64,000 bases of DNA, from contig CAVTTN010000002.1 in NCBI GenBank assembly GCA_963737655.1, positions 6,656,001 through 6,720,000 on the forward strand, given 5' to 3'. The stretch comes from an uncultured Planctomycetota bacterium (lineage in GTDB: Bacteria; Planctomycetota; Planctomycetia; Isosphaerales; Isosphaeraceae). Of this stretch, positions 39,643 to 50,565 are shown piece after piece. Both the position numbers and the translations under genes were made by a program. Numbering within the stretch: position 1 is the first letter of the stretch; the number at the start of each line of letters is the position of its first letter. The notes beneath the pieces are model-generated. The model was given only the letters and a program-made list of their open reading frames with translations. It was not told the DNA's origin and ran no database searches.

Positions 39643-40455
39643 ATGCGCATCCGGATCGGCTACGACATCGTGTTCGACGTCCCCCATCCTACCCCCGTCG
39701 TGATGCTGTTGCGGGTCCACCCTTCGGCCCAATCCCTGCTGATCGGCCCGGAGGCCCCTCGCCTGGAGCCGGATTTGCCCACGTCGAGTTATGGCGACTC
39801 GTTCGGGAATCGGGTCGATCGGATCGTCGCTCCGGCGGGGCGGCTCCGGCTGACGAATGACGCGATGGTGGAAGTGGACGGTCGGCCCGACCCGGTCGAG
39901 CCCGGGGCCGAGCAGCTCGCCGTCTCGGACCTCCCGCCCGAGGCGATCCCGTTCCTCCTGGCCAGCCGCTACTGCGAGGTCGATCGGCTCGGCCAGGTCG
40001 CGTGGGACCTCTTCGGCTCGGGCCCACGAGGCTGGGGCCGGGTCCAGGCGATCTGCAACTGGGTCCACAACCATCTGACCTTCGACTACATGTCCGCTCG
40101 ACCCACCAAGACGGCGTTTGACGCCTACCACGAGCGCCGGGGGGTCTGCCGGGATTTCACCCATTTGGCCATCACCCTCTGCCGATGCATGAACATCCCC
40201 GCGCGGTACGCCACCGGCTATCTCGGCGACATCGGCGTACCGCCGTCGCCGTCCCCGATGGATTTCAGCGCGTGGTTCGAGGTCTACCTGGGAGGCCGAT
40301 GGTGGACGTTCGACGCCCGCCACAACGTCCCCCGGATCGGCCGAGTCCTGATGGCCCGGGGGCGAGACGCCGTCGATGCGGCGCTGACGACCTCGTTCGG
40401 GCCGACCTTCCTGGCGAAGTTCGAGGTCTGGACCGACGAGATGCCCGGATCTTGA
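39643..40455 (+). CDS. Transglutaminase-like protein
   Basis: GVCRDFTH, IPARYATGYLGD, WFEVYL..W.TFDAR, GRDA.D. Confidence 0.9.
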   Translation: MRIRIGYDIVFDVPHPTPVVMLLRVHPSAQSLLIGPEAPRLEPDLPTSSYGDSFGNRVDRIVAPAGRLRLTNDAMVEVDGRPDPVEPGAEQLAVSDLPPEAIPFLLASRYCEVDRLGQVAWDLFGSGPRGWGRVQAICNWVHNHLTFDYMSARPTKTAFDAYHERRGVCRDFTHLAITLCRCMNIPARYATGYLGDIGVPPSPSPMDFSAWFEVYLGGRWWTFDARHNVPRIGRVLMARGRDAVDAALTTSFGPTFLAKFEVWTDEMPGS

Positions 40456-40559
40456 GGCGGAAGAGTGCGGGGAGAGGAATGATCGACCCTCGCTTGAGGA
40501 ATCCCGAAGGGTCGGGTATCCTCGGGATGTTAAACAAGGTTCGACCACGCGGATCGGGG

Positions 40560-43521
40560 ATGGCCGACACGATGCGGATCGGGATCGCGCTGATGCTCGG
40601 GATGCTCCTCGTCGCCTCGACCGCCGCCGGGGCCGACCCGTCGCCCCTGGACTCGGGGCCGATCGCCGAGCGGTTCCGCGACGAGGTCCGGCCGTTCCTG
40701 AACACCTACTGCCTCAAGTGCCACTCGGCCGAGAAGCCCAAGGGGGACATGGACCTCTCGGCCTTCGACTCGCCCGCGAAGGTGGCCGCCGACCTCGCCC
40801 GCTGGGAGCTTGTCCTGGAACAGCTCGAAGGCAAGACGATGCCTCCGGCCGAGGCGAAGCTCCACCCGCCGGACTCGGCCCGGAGCGGCGTGATCGCCTG
40901 GGTCCGCGCCGTTCGCAAGGCCGAGGCCGACCGAAACGCGGGCGATCCCGGCTCGGTCCCGGCTCGGCGGTTGAGCAACGCCGAATATGACTACACGATC
41001 CGAGACCTCACCGGCCAGGACATCCGACCGACCCGCGAGTTCCCCGTCGATCCGGCGAATGAGGCGGGCTTCGACAACTCGGCCGAGTCCCTGACCGTCT
41101 CGCCCTCGCTCGTGAAGAAGTACCTGGAGGCCGCCCGGAAGGTCGCCGATCACGTCGTCTTGAGGCCCGACGGCCTGGACTTCGCCGCCCACCCCGTCGT
41201 CGCCGATACCGATCGCGACAAGTACAGCGTCCGCCGGATCATCGATTTCTACAAGAGTCAGAAGCTCGACCTCGGCGACTTCGTCTTCGCCGCCTGGCAA
41301 TTCCGGAATCGCGAGGCGCTCGGCAAGCCCTCGGCGACCCTGGACGACCTCGCCGCCGATCGCGGGATCAGCCCGAAGTACCTCAAGACGGTCTGGGCGA
41401 TCCTGAATGATCCTACGGCCGATTCCGGGCCGATCGCGGCATTGCAAGCGATGTGGATCGACCTCCCCGGGCCGACCGAGCCGGGCCTGGCCTTCCTCGG
41501 ATGCGAACGGATCGGCGGGTTCCTGAAGGAGCTTCGCCTGAAGCTCTCGCCCGAGGTCAAGAACCTCCGGGTCCGGGGGATGGGGGACGGGTCCCAGCCT
41601 CTTGTCCTGTGGAAGAACGGCCAGTTCGCCGCCACTCGCCGGCGATACGTCGGGACCGCCGCCCAGGTGAAGCCCGACGACCTCTCCGCGGGCACCTCGG
41701 GCGACCGCCGGATGGCGTTGCCCGCCGATCCCGAGTCCTTGAAGCGGGCCGAGCCGGATTTCCATCGCTTCTGCTCCGTCTTCCCGGACGCCTTCCTCGT
41801 CTCCGAGAGGGCCCGGGTCTTCCTCGACCCGAAGGCCGACAAGGACAACACCGGACGCCTCCTGAGCGCCGGTTTCCACAGCATGACGGGCTACTATCGC
41901 GACGATGCGCCGCTCTCCGAGTTGATCCTCGACGAGGCCGGGCGGGCGGAGCTCGATCGACTCTGGATTGACTTCGACGTGGTGACCGGGGCCCCGGCCC
42001 GCCAGTATTCCAGCTTCCTCTGGTTCGAGAGGGCCGAGACCCGGTTCCTCTCCGGCACGGAATTCGACTTCGCCCGCGCCGAGGACAAATCCGCGAATTC
42101 CGAGCCGATGATGGCCCGTTTCGCCGCCGTTTATCTCGCCAAGGCCGAGAAGAACGGCGGGAGCGAGGAAGCCCTGAAGGCCATCCGCGACTTCTTCGCC
42201 ACGATCTCCGGCCAGCTTCGCCGGGTCGAGCGGACGAAGCTCGAAGCCGAGCCCCGGCACCTTGAGGCCCTCCGCAAACTGGCCGAGAGGGCCTATCGCC
42301 GACCGCTCTCGAAGGCCGAATCCGACGGCGTGGAGCGGTTCTATCGCATCCTCCGCGACGAGGACGGCCTTTCCCACGAGGACGCCGTTCGCGACTCGGT
42401 CGTCGGCATCCTGATGTCGCCGCACTACCTCTACCGGGTCGATCTGCCGTCGCAAGGCACGGGAGTCCGGCCCCGGTCGGATCACGACCTGGCGAGCCGA
42501 TTGAGCTATTTCCTCTGGTCGAGCCTGCCGGACGACGAGTTGCTCGCCCTCGCCGCGAAGGGCGAATTGCACCGGCCCGACGTCCTCGCCAGGCAAGCCC
42601 GGAGGATGCTCCGGGACGACCGCGCCCGGGCCCTGGCCGTCGAGTTCGGCGGCAACTGGCTGGATTTCCGCCGATTCGAGGAACACAACAGCGTCGATCG
42701 CGGCCGGTTCCCCGCGTTCAATGACACCTTGCGCCAGTCCATGTTCGAGGAGCCGATCCGCTTCGTCGTCGATCTGATGAGGCGAGACGGTTCCCTCGAC
42801 GAGTTCCTCGACGGCACCCACACGTTCGTGAACGCGCCCCTGGCCCGACACTACGGGATGCCCATGCCGCCGGCCGGTGCCGACGGCTGGGGCCGCATCG
42901 ACGACGCGAGGCCGTTCGGCCGGGGCGGCCTGTTGCCGATGGCCGTCTTCCTGACGAAGAACTCGCCCGGCCTGCGGACCAGCCCGGTCAAGCGAGGGTA
43001 CTGGGTCGTCAAGAGGCTCCTCGGCGAGAACATCCCTCCCCCTCCGGCGAACGTCCCCGAGCTCCCGGCCGACGAATCGAAGCTCGGCGACCTGACCTTG
43101 CGCGAAGCGCTGGCCCGCCATCGCGCCGATCAGAGCTGCGCGGGCTGTCATGAGCGGTTCGACGCGGTCGGCCTGGCCTTCGAGGGGTTCGGGCCGGTCG
43201 GCGAGTCGAGGAAGCTGGACCTCGGCGGCCATCCGGTGGACGTCCGCGCGACCTTCCCGGGCGGGATGGAGGGGCTCGGGGGTGGAAGGGCTTCGCGACT
43301 ACCTCCGCGACCGCCGCCGCGAGGACTTCGCCGACAACCTCTGCCGAAAATTGCTCGCCTACGGCCTCGGCCGGACCCTGATCCCCTCCGATGACGCCAC
43401 GATCGCCGCGATGAAGTCCCGAGCCGCCTCCGAAGGGGGCCGATTCGGCGCCCTGATCGAGGCGATCGTCACCAGCCCGCAATTCCTGAACCGCCGGATC
43501 GACGCCGGACCCTCGGAGTGA
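40560..43521 (+). CDS. DUF1592/DUF1588/DUF1587 (PSD) cytochrome c-type protein (apparent 1-nt insertion near 43280)
   Basis: Signal peptide, CLKCH, RRLSNAEYDYTIRDL, LASRLSYFLWSSLPD, TSPVKRG, CAGCH; C-terminus KLLAYGLGR...IVTSPQF in another frame. Confidence 0.88.
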
Positions 43522-43529
43522 GGCCCCAG

Positions 43530-44858
43530 ATGAGCGAAACCAGCGCTTCGAGGCATTCGCGACGGACGTTCCTCCGGGGGGCGGGCGTGACGATGGCGCT
43601 GCCCTGGATGGAGTCGTTGCCGGTCTGGGGCGACACCACGCCGGCCGTCGATTCGGCGTTCCCCAAACGATTCGCCGCCCTGTTCATGGGCTGCGGAGTG
43701 AACCCCAACGGCTGGTGGGCGAAGGGCTCGGGCGCCTCGATGGAGCTCGGCCGATGCCTGGAACCTTTGGCGACATTGCGGAGCAAGATCAACGTCGTCA
43801 ACGGCCTGTTCAACAAGAACGCGCTGGGCGTGGGCATCCACCCGGGGCAGACCGGCAACATCCTCTCCGGCGCCGCCCTGCAGAAGGGGGCCGAGCTGAA
43901 GGGCGGGATCAGCGTCGATCAGGTCCTGGCGAACCACCTCGGCGATCAGACCGTCCAGCCGAGCCTGGTCCTGGGCTGCGAGCAGCCGATCACCGGGTAC
44001 CACGAGACGAATTTCTCGATGGCGTATAGCTCGCACATCTCCTGGCAGAGCGCCACCAGCCCCGTTCCGATGGAAGTCTACCCGTCCCTGGCGTTCGACA
44101 GCCTGTTCGACAACAAGGGCACGAGGCGAAACAAGAGCATCCTCGACCGCGTCCGCGACGAGGCGACGGACCTGGGCCGAAAAGTCTCGGCCGGGGACCG
44201 CGCGAAGCTGGAGGAGTACCTCACCAGCGTCCGGGAGGTCGAGAAGCGGGCGGCCTCGGCCCGCCAGGCGAAGGACCAGGCCGACGAGCGGGCCCGGGGC
44301 GGCAACACCCCGGCCCCGTCCATGCCCCGGCCCGACAACGGCTTGCCCGAGGACATCCGCGAACATATGCGGCTGATGGCCGACATCGTCGCCCTCGGCT
44401 TCCAGACCGACAAGACGAGGGTCGCCACGCTCCTCCTCTGCCGGGACATCTCGGGCCTCTTCTACCCGTTCCTCGACGTCCGGACGGCCCACCACGGCGC
44501 CTCCCACGACGACAAATCGGCGGCCTACGAGCGGGTCACGCGGTTCTACGTCGAGCAGCTCGCCTACCTCGCCTCCCGGCTCGACGCCATGCCCGAAGGG
44601 CAGGGGACCGTGCTCGATCATTCGTGCCTTCTGTTCACCAACAGCCTCTGGTCGGGCACGCAGCACGACGCGACCAAGCTGCCGGTGGTCCTCGCCGGAG
44701 GACTCGGCGGGACGATCGGGACCGGCCGGGTCCTGGACTATCGCGACAAGGGCAACGCCAACCGCAAGCTCTGCTCCATGTACCTCTCGATCCTCGACCG
44801 GATGGGCGTGAAGCTCGACCGCTTCGGCGACGCCGACGCCCGGCTGGCGGGGTTCTGA
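43530..44858 (+). CDS. DUF1552 protein (Tat-like signal)
   Basis: SRRTFLRGAGVTMALPWMESL, ISVDQ, KLEEYLTSVREVEKR; usual partner of DUF1592. Confidence 0.9.
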   Translation: MSETSASRHSRRTFLRGAGVTMALPWMESLPVWGDTTPAVDSAFPKRFAALFMGCGVNPNGWWAKGSGASMELGRCLEPLATLRSKINVVNGLFNKNALGVGIHPGQTGNILSGAALQKGAELKGGISVDQVLANHLGDQTVQPSLVLGCEQPITGYHETNFSMAYSSHISWQSATSPVPMEVYPSLAFDSLFDNKGTRRNKSILDRVRDEATDLGRKVSAGDRAKLEEYLTSVREVEKRAASARQAKDQADERARGGNTPAPSMPRPDNGLPEDIREHMRLMADIVALGFQTDKTRVATLLLCRDISGLFYPFLDVRTAHHGASHDDKSAAYERVTRFYVEQLAYLASRLDAMPEGQGTVLDHSCLLFTNSLWSGTQHDATKLPVVLAGGLGGTIGTGRVLDYRDKGNANRKLCSMYLSILDRMGVKLDRFGDADARLAGF

Positions 44859-44880
44859 GATCGGGACGAGTTGCTGCTCC

Positions 44881-44910
44881 GGGTGGCATGCCCACGTCTT
44901 CGTGGGCATG
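44881..44910 (+). repeat. GGGTGG-footed REP-like palindrome
   Basis: GGGTGG CATGCCCACG TCTT CGTGGGCATG; same leader as the RAYT REPs but a different stem. Confidence 0.65.
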
Positions 44911-44962
44911 TCTCCTCCCGAGCACCAAATCGAGGAGGATGGCGGGTCTCGTCCGCCGCCGG

Positions 44963-44985
44963 TTGGTGCATTTCATGCGCCCTAC
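44963..44985 (-). repeat. GTAG-type REP overlapping the phosphodiesterase stop codon
   Basis: Minus strand GTAGGGCGCATGAAATGCACCAA; its TAG is the stop at 44982-44984. Confidence 0.8.
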
Positions 44986-46648
44986 AGGTATCCGAGATCC
45001 GCCAGGCGTTGCTGGATCGCGGCGTCTTCCTCTTCGGAGTACGCCACGCCGACGGGGGCGCCGGACGACGGAAGCGGCTCGGGCGATTCGGAGGCCGGCG
45101 GGGGGACGACCGCCGGGTCGAGGATCTCGTCGAGGACCCGACCGTCCATGTCTCCGGGCACCGGCACGCCCAGGAGGTGGAGGACCGTGGGCGCGATGTC
45201 CAGGAGCGTGGCCCCCTCGGGCCTGGAACCCGGGCGGAACGCCGGCCCGAGGCGATCAGGACCCCTTCCATCCGGTGGTCCCCCGTCGGGCCGAACGCCG
45301 GGGAGATCGTCTTGTGAGTGGTGAAGTCGTACAGGCCGATCGTCCGGTATTTCCAGTCCCCCAGGACCACCGTGAGGTCCGGCCCCAGATGCGCATGAGG
45401 CCCCGAATAGAGGTCGTCCCGCTCGAAGACCCGCTCGATCAGGGGGGCGCCGGTCTCGGGATGAGGGATCGCCAGGAGACGGGCCTTGAGGTCGTCCAGG
45501 ACGCTCCGGGCGTCGGCCGGCTCGACGCATCCCCGGGGCTGTCGGCCCTTCAAATTCAGGAAGATCTGGCCGAAGTTCCCCTGGGCATAGGCCCTGGTTC
45601 GTGACCAGTCGATATGCCGTCGAGAGAGGAACGAGGCGTCGGCCAGACGGTCGAGCCAGTTCATCTGCTTCCCTCGGAAGCGATCGACCCGGTTCTTCGC
45701 CAGCCCGAACTTGCTGATCAGCCCATAAAACCATTCGGGGGTGACCCCGCGGTCCCAGAACCAGCGCTTCTGCTTCACGTAGAGCGAATCCTGGAGCGCG
45801 ATGAAGCCCTGCTCCAGCAGCCAGACGTTGAAATTCACGTACTGTTCGATCGGCCCGAAGCCGTGGTCGCTCATCAGGATCAGGGCGGTCCCCGGCGGCA
45901 GCGCGGCCTCGATCTCGCCGATCCCCCGGTCCAGCCGTTCCCAGAACGCGCGGAACCCCTCGCGGACGGCCGAGAGGTCCCGCCCCCTGGCCTTCGCATG
46001 AGACGGGTCCCACGCATGCCAGAGCTCGTGCTGGATGCGGTCGGTGGCCATCAGGTCGAACATGAACAGGTCCCACGGACACCGATCCATGAGGAACCGG
46101 ACGGCCTTCAGGTGGTGGTCGAGGAAGTCGGTCAGATCGGCCAGAGCCGCCGGCTCCTTGCCGCCGTCGTGGACGGCCGCCGACCACGGCCGATAGGGCG
46201 TCCCGAGGGCCTGTTCCAGCTCCGCGAGCAAGGCCGGGTCGCTCGAAAAATCCTTCGCGCCGGCCGGGCTCAGGAAGTCGCCGAGATAGAAGCCCGGGGC
46301 CTTCCGGGGCGGGTAGCTCATCGGGACGCCGCCGGCCACCGTCGTCTTGCCATGACGCCCGGCGATCTCCCAGACCAGCTCCGCCTGGATCGCCCGGGAC
46401 GAATTGACGCGCCCGCCCATCGGGTCATGGCCGAATTCGAGGAACTCGAACACCCCATGCTTCCCCGAGTTCTTCCCCGTCATCACGCCGGTCCAGGCCA
46501 CCGGGCTCAGAGGCGGGAACACCGAACCCAGCAATCCCGACGCCCCAGCCGCTCGGAGCCGGGCCAGGTTCGGCAGCGACCCGGCCTCGATCAAGGGAGC
46601 CAGGATGTCCCAGGTGGCCCCATCCAGGCCCAGTACAAAGACCTTCAT
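44982..46648 (-). CDS. Alkaline phosphatase superfamily / type I phosphodiesterase (apparent 1-nt deletion near 45246)
   Basis: VLGLDGATW, TGKNSGKHG, SDHGFG, TGDH; second frame gives LLDIAPTVL..MDGRV..LADLGYL. Confidence 0.88.
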
Positions 46649-46944
46649 CCATCCGCCCTCACATGCTTCAACAACCTCGCCACCGACCCGACGCCCGGCT
46701 CCGAGTGTACTCCAACGGCGCGAAACCTGTAAGGTCGGACGGACCCCACCGATCGCCCTGACCCACACTTCTTGCGCCTCGTCGTGCCATCAACTTCGAC
46801 GGTCTTGCCTTATCCCTAAGCAAGACCTCCCGGGCCGCAAGATCGCCGACCCTTCGCCTCAGCCTGGCAGATTTTTCGCAAGTCCTTGGCTTATGAGTAG
46901 TTAGTATCAAAGCCCTGGATCAGTTCTAGGCATTTTTCGCACAC

Positions 46945-46960
46945 TGGCACGTCTCCTGCT
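46945..46960 (+). promoter_or_regulatory. sigma54 (-24/-12) promoter
   Basis: TGGCACG-TCTC-CTGCT with exact GG-N10-GC spacing; predicted +1 near 46971. Confidence 0.75.
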
Positions 46961-46970
46961 TTATTCCTAT

Positions 46971-47081
46971 TTCGTGAATCGCGGGTGACCGCGAGACGGT
47001 CTTCCGGGACCGATTGAATCACGAGCAAGCGTCGTTCTCCCTGGCTGTGCCCGGCTCCCTCGGGGGGAGCCGGGCTTTTTT
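46971..47081 (+). ncRNA. Candidate structured small RNA (~110 nt)
   Basis: Three-way junction with GUGA and UCCG tetraloop hairpins, starting at the predicted sigma54 +1 and ending in an intrinsic terminator. Confidence 0.65.
47049..47081 (+). terminator. Rho-independent terminator
   Basis: GCCCGGCTCCC-TCGGG-GGGAGCCGGGC followed by TTTTTT. Confidence 0.88.
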
Positions 47082-47149
47082 CGTTATTGCCCTGCGCCAT
47101 AACGGTTACAAGAATGGAGGTGAACCCCGGGGCACACAAAGGGCACACA

Positions 47150-47903
47150 ATGCGGCGGTCCAACTCGAGTCCCTTCTGGCGCGAATCCAAGGGCGCCTTC
47201 TACTGCTGGATCGACGGCCACCAGCGGTCCCTGGGCAAGACCAGGCGGGCGGCGGACGCCCGGTACCGCGAACTCCTGGCCGACCGCGAAAAGCTGGCCG
47301 CCCGGCGGCCCTGGACGGTCCGCGAGTGCTTCGACCACTACCTCGAGCACGCCGCCACCCTCAAGCCCAACTCGTTCCGCAATCGCAGGCAGGCCCTCGA
47401 CCGCTTCTGCGCCGAGGCCGTGGTCGGGCGGCTGCCCTATTACGACCTGACGGTCGACCACCTCGAGGCCTGGGTCCGGCGGCACCCCGGCTGGTCCGCC
47501 TCGATGCGGCGGACCTGCATCGATCACGTCATGGCGGCCTTCAACCACTGCCTGAAGCGGAAGAAGATCCGCGAGAACCCGGTCCTCGGGGTGGAGAAGC
47601 CCCGGTGGGAGCGGCGCAAGGCCGTCCTCGGCGCCGAGGACGAGCGGAAGGTCCACGAGGCCGCGAAGGGGGAGTTCCGGGACATCCTGACGGCCCTCCG
47701 CGAGACCGGGGCCCGGCCCGGCGAGCTCTGCTCGGCCCGGGTCGAGCACTACGCCAAGGGCGTGATCACCCTGTCCGAGCACAAGGAAGACGCCTCGGGC
47801 GAGCCCCGGACGATCTACCTGAGCGACGCGATCGCGGCCCTGGTGGAGCGCCGGATCGCCGGGCGGGCCGAAGGCCCGATCTTCCTCAACGACCGGGGCA
47901 AGC
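47150..47903 (+). pseudogene. Tyrosine recombinase/integrase, C-terminally truncated
   Basis: Short N-terminal arm domain, core-binding domain (ENPV) and catalytic Arg in ETGARPGEL; similarity ends at PIFLNDRGK, with no HxxR or Tyr. Confidence 0.82.
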
Positions 47904-47974
47904 AGTCTGGCCGGGCGGCGACCACTCCGACGACTCGGGGTCCGTGCGGCGGAGCCGGCCTCGGCGCGGGCCGC

Positions 47975-49137
47975 CTAGTGCAGATTCAAGGCTGATCCTT
48001 TTCGAAGGCATCGTCGTAGAGAGGGTATGAAGCCACCCCTGTTCGTCCGCCCGTTGTCCCCCGAGGAGCACCGGGCCCTTAGGGACGGCCTGCGCTCCCC
48101 CTCGGCCTTCACCCTGCGGCGCTCCCAGATCCTCCTGGCCAGCGCCGAGGGGCTCAAGCCCGCCCTGATCGGCGCCCGGCTCGGCGGCTCGGCGCAGACC
48201 GCCCGCAACGCTATCCGCGCCTTCCACGCCATCGGCACCGACTGCCTCAACGAGGGCTCGCATCGCCCCAGGTCCGCCCGGCCGGAGATCGACGACGCCG
48301 GGTGCGAGCGGCTGCGGGCCCTGCTGCACCGCAGCCCCCGCGACTTCGGCAAGCCGACCTCGCTCTGGACGCTGGCCCTGGCCGCCGAGGTCGCCTTCGC
48401 CGAGGGCCTGACCGCGCGGCCGGTCAGCGGCGAGACGATCCGCCAGGCCCTGAGGCGCCTCGGAGCCGGCTGGGAGCGGGCCAAGGCCTGGATCACCAGC
48501 CCCGACCCGGCGTACCTGCGAAAAGAAACGCGCGCGACCGGCTGATCCGCCTGGCGGCGTCGCACCCCGACTGGGTGCTCGGCTTCCAGGACGAGGTCTG
48601 GTGGAGCCGGCTGGCCCGGCCGGCGCTGCATGCCTGGGCCGGCGGCCAGCCGCGGCGGCTGCGCGAGCCGGCGGCCGACGCCGCCGACACCGACCCGAAG
48701 GCGCCGGCCTGCTACGGGCTGCTGCGCGGCGACACCGGCGGGATGCTGCTGCGGTTCGTCCGGGGCCGGCCGGTCAGCCAGGTGACCGAGGACTTCCTGG
48801 CCTGGGCCTGCACGCGGCTGCCGGCCGAGGGGAAGCGTGCGCCGTTGCTGGTCTGGGACAACGCCGCCTGGCATGTCAGCGCGCGGGCGAGGGCCTGGAT
48901 CAAGGCGCACAACCGCCGGGCGAAGGCCGAGGGCGGGGTGCGGATCATCGCCTGCTACCTGCCGGTGAAGGCGCCGTGGCTCAACGCGATCGAGCCGAAG
49001 TGGGTGCATGGCAAGCGCGCGATCATCGAGCCGGACCGCAAGCTGACAGCGGCCGAGGTCATGGAGCGGGTCTGCGGCTACTACGGTTGCGAGCAACTCG
49101 ATCGACTCACACAACAAGCCGCTTGAAAATGCACTAG
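47975..49137 (+). mobile_element. IS630 family insertion sequence (two ORFs, -1 frameshift)
   Basis: Ends CTAGTGCAGATTCAAG / CTTGAAAATGCACTAG; HTH ORF 48027-48545; DDE ORF to 49126 (QDE, WDNAAWH, LNAIEPKW). Confidence 0.92.
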
Positions 49138-49270
49138 GTCTTCCTCCTCCCGATGCGAGAAGTCCGCGGCCCGGCCCTGGGCCGGGCCATGGTCCACGTC
49201 GTCGACCGCGAGGCCGACTCCGTCGCCCACCGGCGGCAGTGGTCGGCCGACGGCACCTGGCCCTGGTCTT
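49138..49270 (+). pseudogene. IS4-like transposase remnant
   Basis: LPMREVRG...MVHVVDREADSVAHRRQWSADG contains the DREAD motif. Confidence 0.5.
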
Positions 49271-49994
49271 TGCCGAGGGCTGCAAGATCCTTCGGAAGGA
49301 CGAGGCGGCGGCCGAGCACGCCCTCGAGGATCGATACGGTGCGGCCCTCGCCGACCCCCGGCCGTCGACGACCCCCGGGGAGGAGGCAGGGTGTCCGGCC
49401 GGGCCCGCTGCCCTGCCCTCCCGACCCGCGAGGAGCGATCACCGATCCGCGCGGGTCGGGGGCCGAGATCGGGCGTCCGTCGCGAGGGATCCCCGGTTGA
49501 GAGGCCGTCCCCCCGCGTCGGTCACGCCGTTCGGGGCGTCGGCCGGGCCTTCCGATCGGCCGTGGCGGACGCCATCGGGGTGGACTCCCCCGGCCCATCT
49601 CCCCGCGATGAAGCCCTGGGACCCCGAGGCCCCTCCTCGGTCGACGAGGGATCCCGGCGGTGGCTGGCGGCGGTCCCCGGACCGACTCGGTGTCGACGAC
49701 CCGACCGCGTCGAGCGGGGCGGATCTCCGTCCGGGTTACGATCCCCAGGGCGGCCGGCCACTCGTCGCCCTTCGGAGGCCGCCGTCGACGGCGTCTCCTC
49801 CCCCCTCCTCGCTCTTTCGGGGTCCGGGACGAGCCACGACGAGGGACCCCGCGGCGGCAGGGCGGCCCCTTCGGATGTTTCGTAGGACGGCGAACTGGGA
49901 AGTAACCGGCCGGCGACGCGGGGGCCTCGCGAGCCGGTGACGATGGACGCGGCCCGGGTGGGCCGGGCAAGAACCCAAATGAGGAGGTCCAGCC

Positions 49995-50477
49995 ATGGCG
50001 ATGAAGGACGAGGGGCCGATCGGGCCCGAAGGCGACCTGCCCGCGGAGGTCGCGGCGGCCCTGGCGGGCGTCGATCGCGCGATCGGCCGGCTCGTCAAGC
50101 TCCTGGCGACCGGCGACCCGGCCACGCTGGCCGGGGCGTTGGGGGTCATCGAGCGGCCGGGCACGGCGACGATCCCGGCCCTGGCCTCGGCCCTGCGGCG
50201 GGCGACGCCCGACCAGGGCCTGATCATCATCGCCCTGCTGCACGTGCTGGAGGCCCCCCTGGGCGGCCCGGCCGGCCGGGCCCTGGTGGAGGTCGTCCGC
50301 AGGCCCCGCGTCCCGGAGATGCGGACCCTGGCCCAGATGACCATCTCGGCCAGGAAGATGGCCGAGCTGAAGGCGGCCGCATCCGCGACGCTGCCGGTCG
50401 CCGACGGCCCCGCCTCGCCGTCGCGGCCCGGCCGGCCGCGACGCCGCCCCCGCGCGACCCCGGCCGACCCCGCCTGA
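49995..50477 (+). CDS. Hypothetical helical protein
   Basis: GAGGAGG RBS, coding-like codon usage. Confidence 0.65.
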   Translation: MAMKDEGPIGPEGDLPAEVAAALAGVDRAIGRLVKLLATGDPATLAGALGVIERPGTATIPALASALRRATPDQGLIIIALLHVLEAPLGGPAGRALVEVVRRPRVPEMRTLAQMTISARKMAELKAAASATLPVADGPASPSRPGRPRRRPRATPADPA

Positions 50478-50565
50478 GGGGCCACGCCCGGGGGATCGCG
50501 CCGGCCCTCCCCCCGGGTCATCCCCCCGAACCCCCGACCGTGCGGCCCCCCGAGCGGAGGTGACG

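Noticed and set aside
46971..47024. Three-way junction as a hammerhead ribozyme or tRNA
   Set aside because: The junctions (A, GA, AUUGAA) lack the CUGANGA/GAAA core; there is no T-loop, cloverleaf or CCA end
46891..47190. 99-aa minus-strand ORF across the sRNA region
   Set aside because: Atypical codon usage and no motif; it overlaps a promoter, a terminator and the integrase start on the other strand
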